DNA from: Promethearchaeota archaeon
Lineage (GTDB): Archaea > Asgardarchaeota > Lokiarchaeia > Sigyniarchaeales > SOKP01
DNA length: 36,508 nt
Reading direction: 5' to 3'
Assembly (NCBI GenBank): GCA_016839745.1
Contig: JAEOTS010000128.1
Location: 1-36,508, forward strand
In this document: positions 36,102-36,508 of the stretch, one piece after another
How the letters are laid out: the number at the start of each line of letters is the position of its first letter
Position numbering within the stretch: the stretch's first letter is position 1
Translations under genes and position numbers: made by a program
Notes under the pieces: model-generated
Seen by the model: only the letters and a program-made list of their open reading frames with translations
Told to the model about the DNA's origin: nothing
Database searches by the model: none

Positions 36102-36276
36102 AATTATATACCTATTTTTTCGATATGAAATTATATTTTCAATTCAATTTTAATTCTTTTTTTCTTTTTCATACTTTATTTGTTTCTCAACATATATATA
36201 GCATATATTAAAAAAAAGGAATTCTCTCTGAAAAATAAGAGAATCGTAAAATTATCAGAAATAAATAATACAACGA

Positions 36277-36508
36277 TTATGACGAACTTGAACCGCCTGA
36301 AGACATTAAATCAACAATGGTTTGGGATGATATAACTGAATCGCATTTTGAACAAGAGTGGAATATTAGTGGCACAGCTCCAATTTTATCTAAATACCGT
36401 TTAACAAATTTTAAACTATATTGTGCCATTCGTTTCATCATCTTTCCCCCAAATGGGACGACCTCAGCTTGAATTTCTATGAAATTTTCGTAAGTTTTCA
36501 TGAGATCA
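36277..36508 (-). CDS. 3' end of hypothetical protein, probably truncated by window edge
   Basis: The frame is open to the window end; contains CSKC and a Ser/Gly tail. Confidence 0.55.
   Translation of the reverse strand, partial: DLMKTYENFIEIQAEVVPFGGKMMKRMAQYSLKFVKRYLDKIGAVPLIFHSCSKCDSVISSQTIVDLMSSGGSSSS

Noticed and set aside
34065-36153. Cluster of alternative-frame and antisense ORFs
   Set aside because: They overlap the 796-aa gene, have no recognisable motifs and are explained by locally higher GC.

Overview
AT-rich, gene-dense archaeal chromosome segment. It is most consistent with an Asgard archaeon (Lokiarchaeia/Promethearchaeota-like); this is inferred from Roadblock/LC7 proteins including a dynein-light-chain-like one, a uDENN/longin-like protein, a VapBC pair, TATA-like boxes and poly-T terminators. 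From left to right: the 3' end of an mvhD paralogue; an hdrD-like/hdrA/mvhD operon whose first gene appears to start at a non-canonical ATA about 300 nt upstream of the ORF call; MFS transporters and unknown membrane proteins; a scavenging block (M28 and M24 peptidases, sulfatase, GH4, GH2 beta-mannosidase, MBL hydrolase, enolase-superfamily enzyme) with AlaX and vapBC; a uDENN-like gene plus GNAT; a catalytically degenerate HMG-CoA-synthase-like/DUF35 fusion plus SCP2-type thiolase; two translationally coupled, divergent Roadblock proteins sharing a near-identical ~60-aa C-terminal Pro/Tyr-rich + zinc-knuckle module (best candidate for an undescribed system); a GNAT; and a GC-rich hydrolase-PKD gene fused to an AT-rich C-terminal domain. 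No rRNA, tRNA, CRISPR array or transposase was recognised. All family calls come from motif reading by eye, not database searches.
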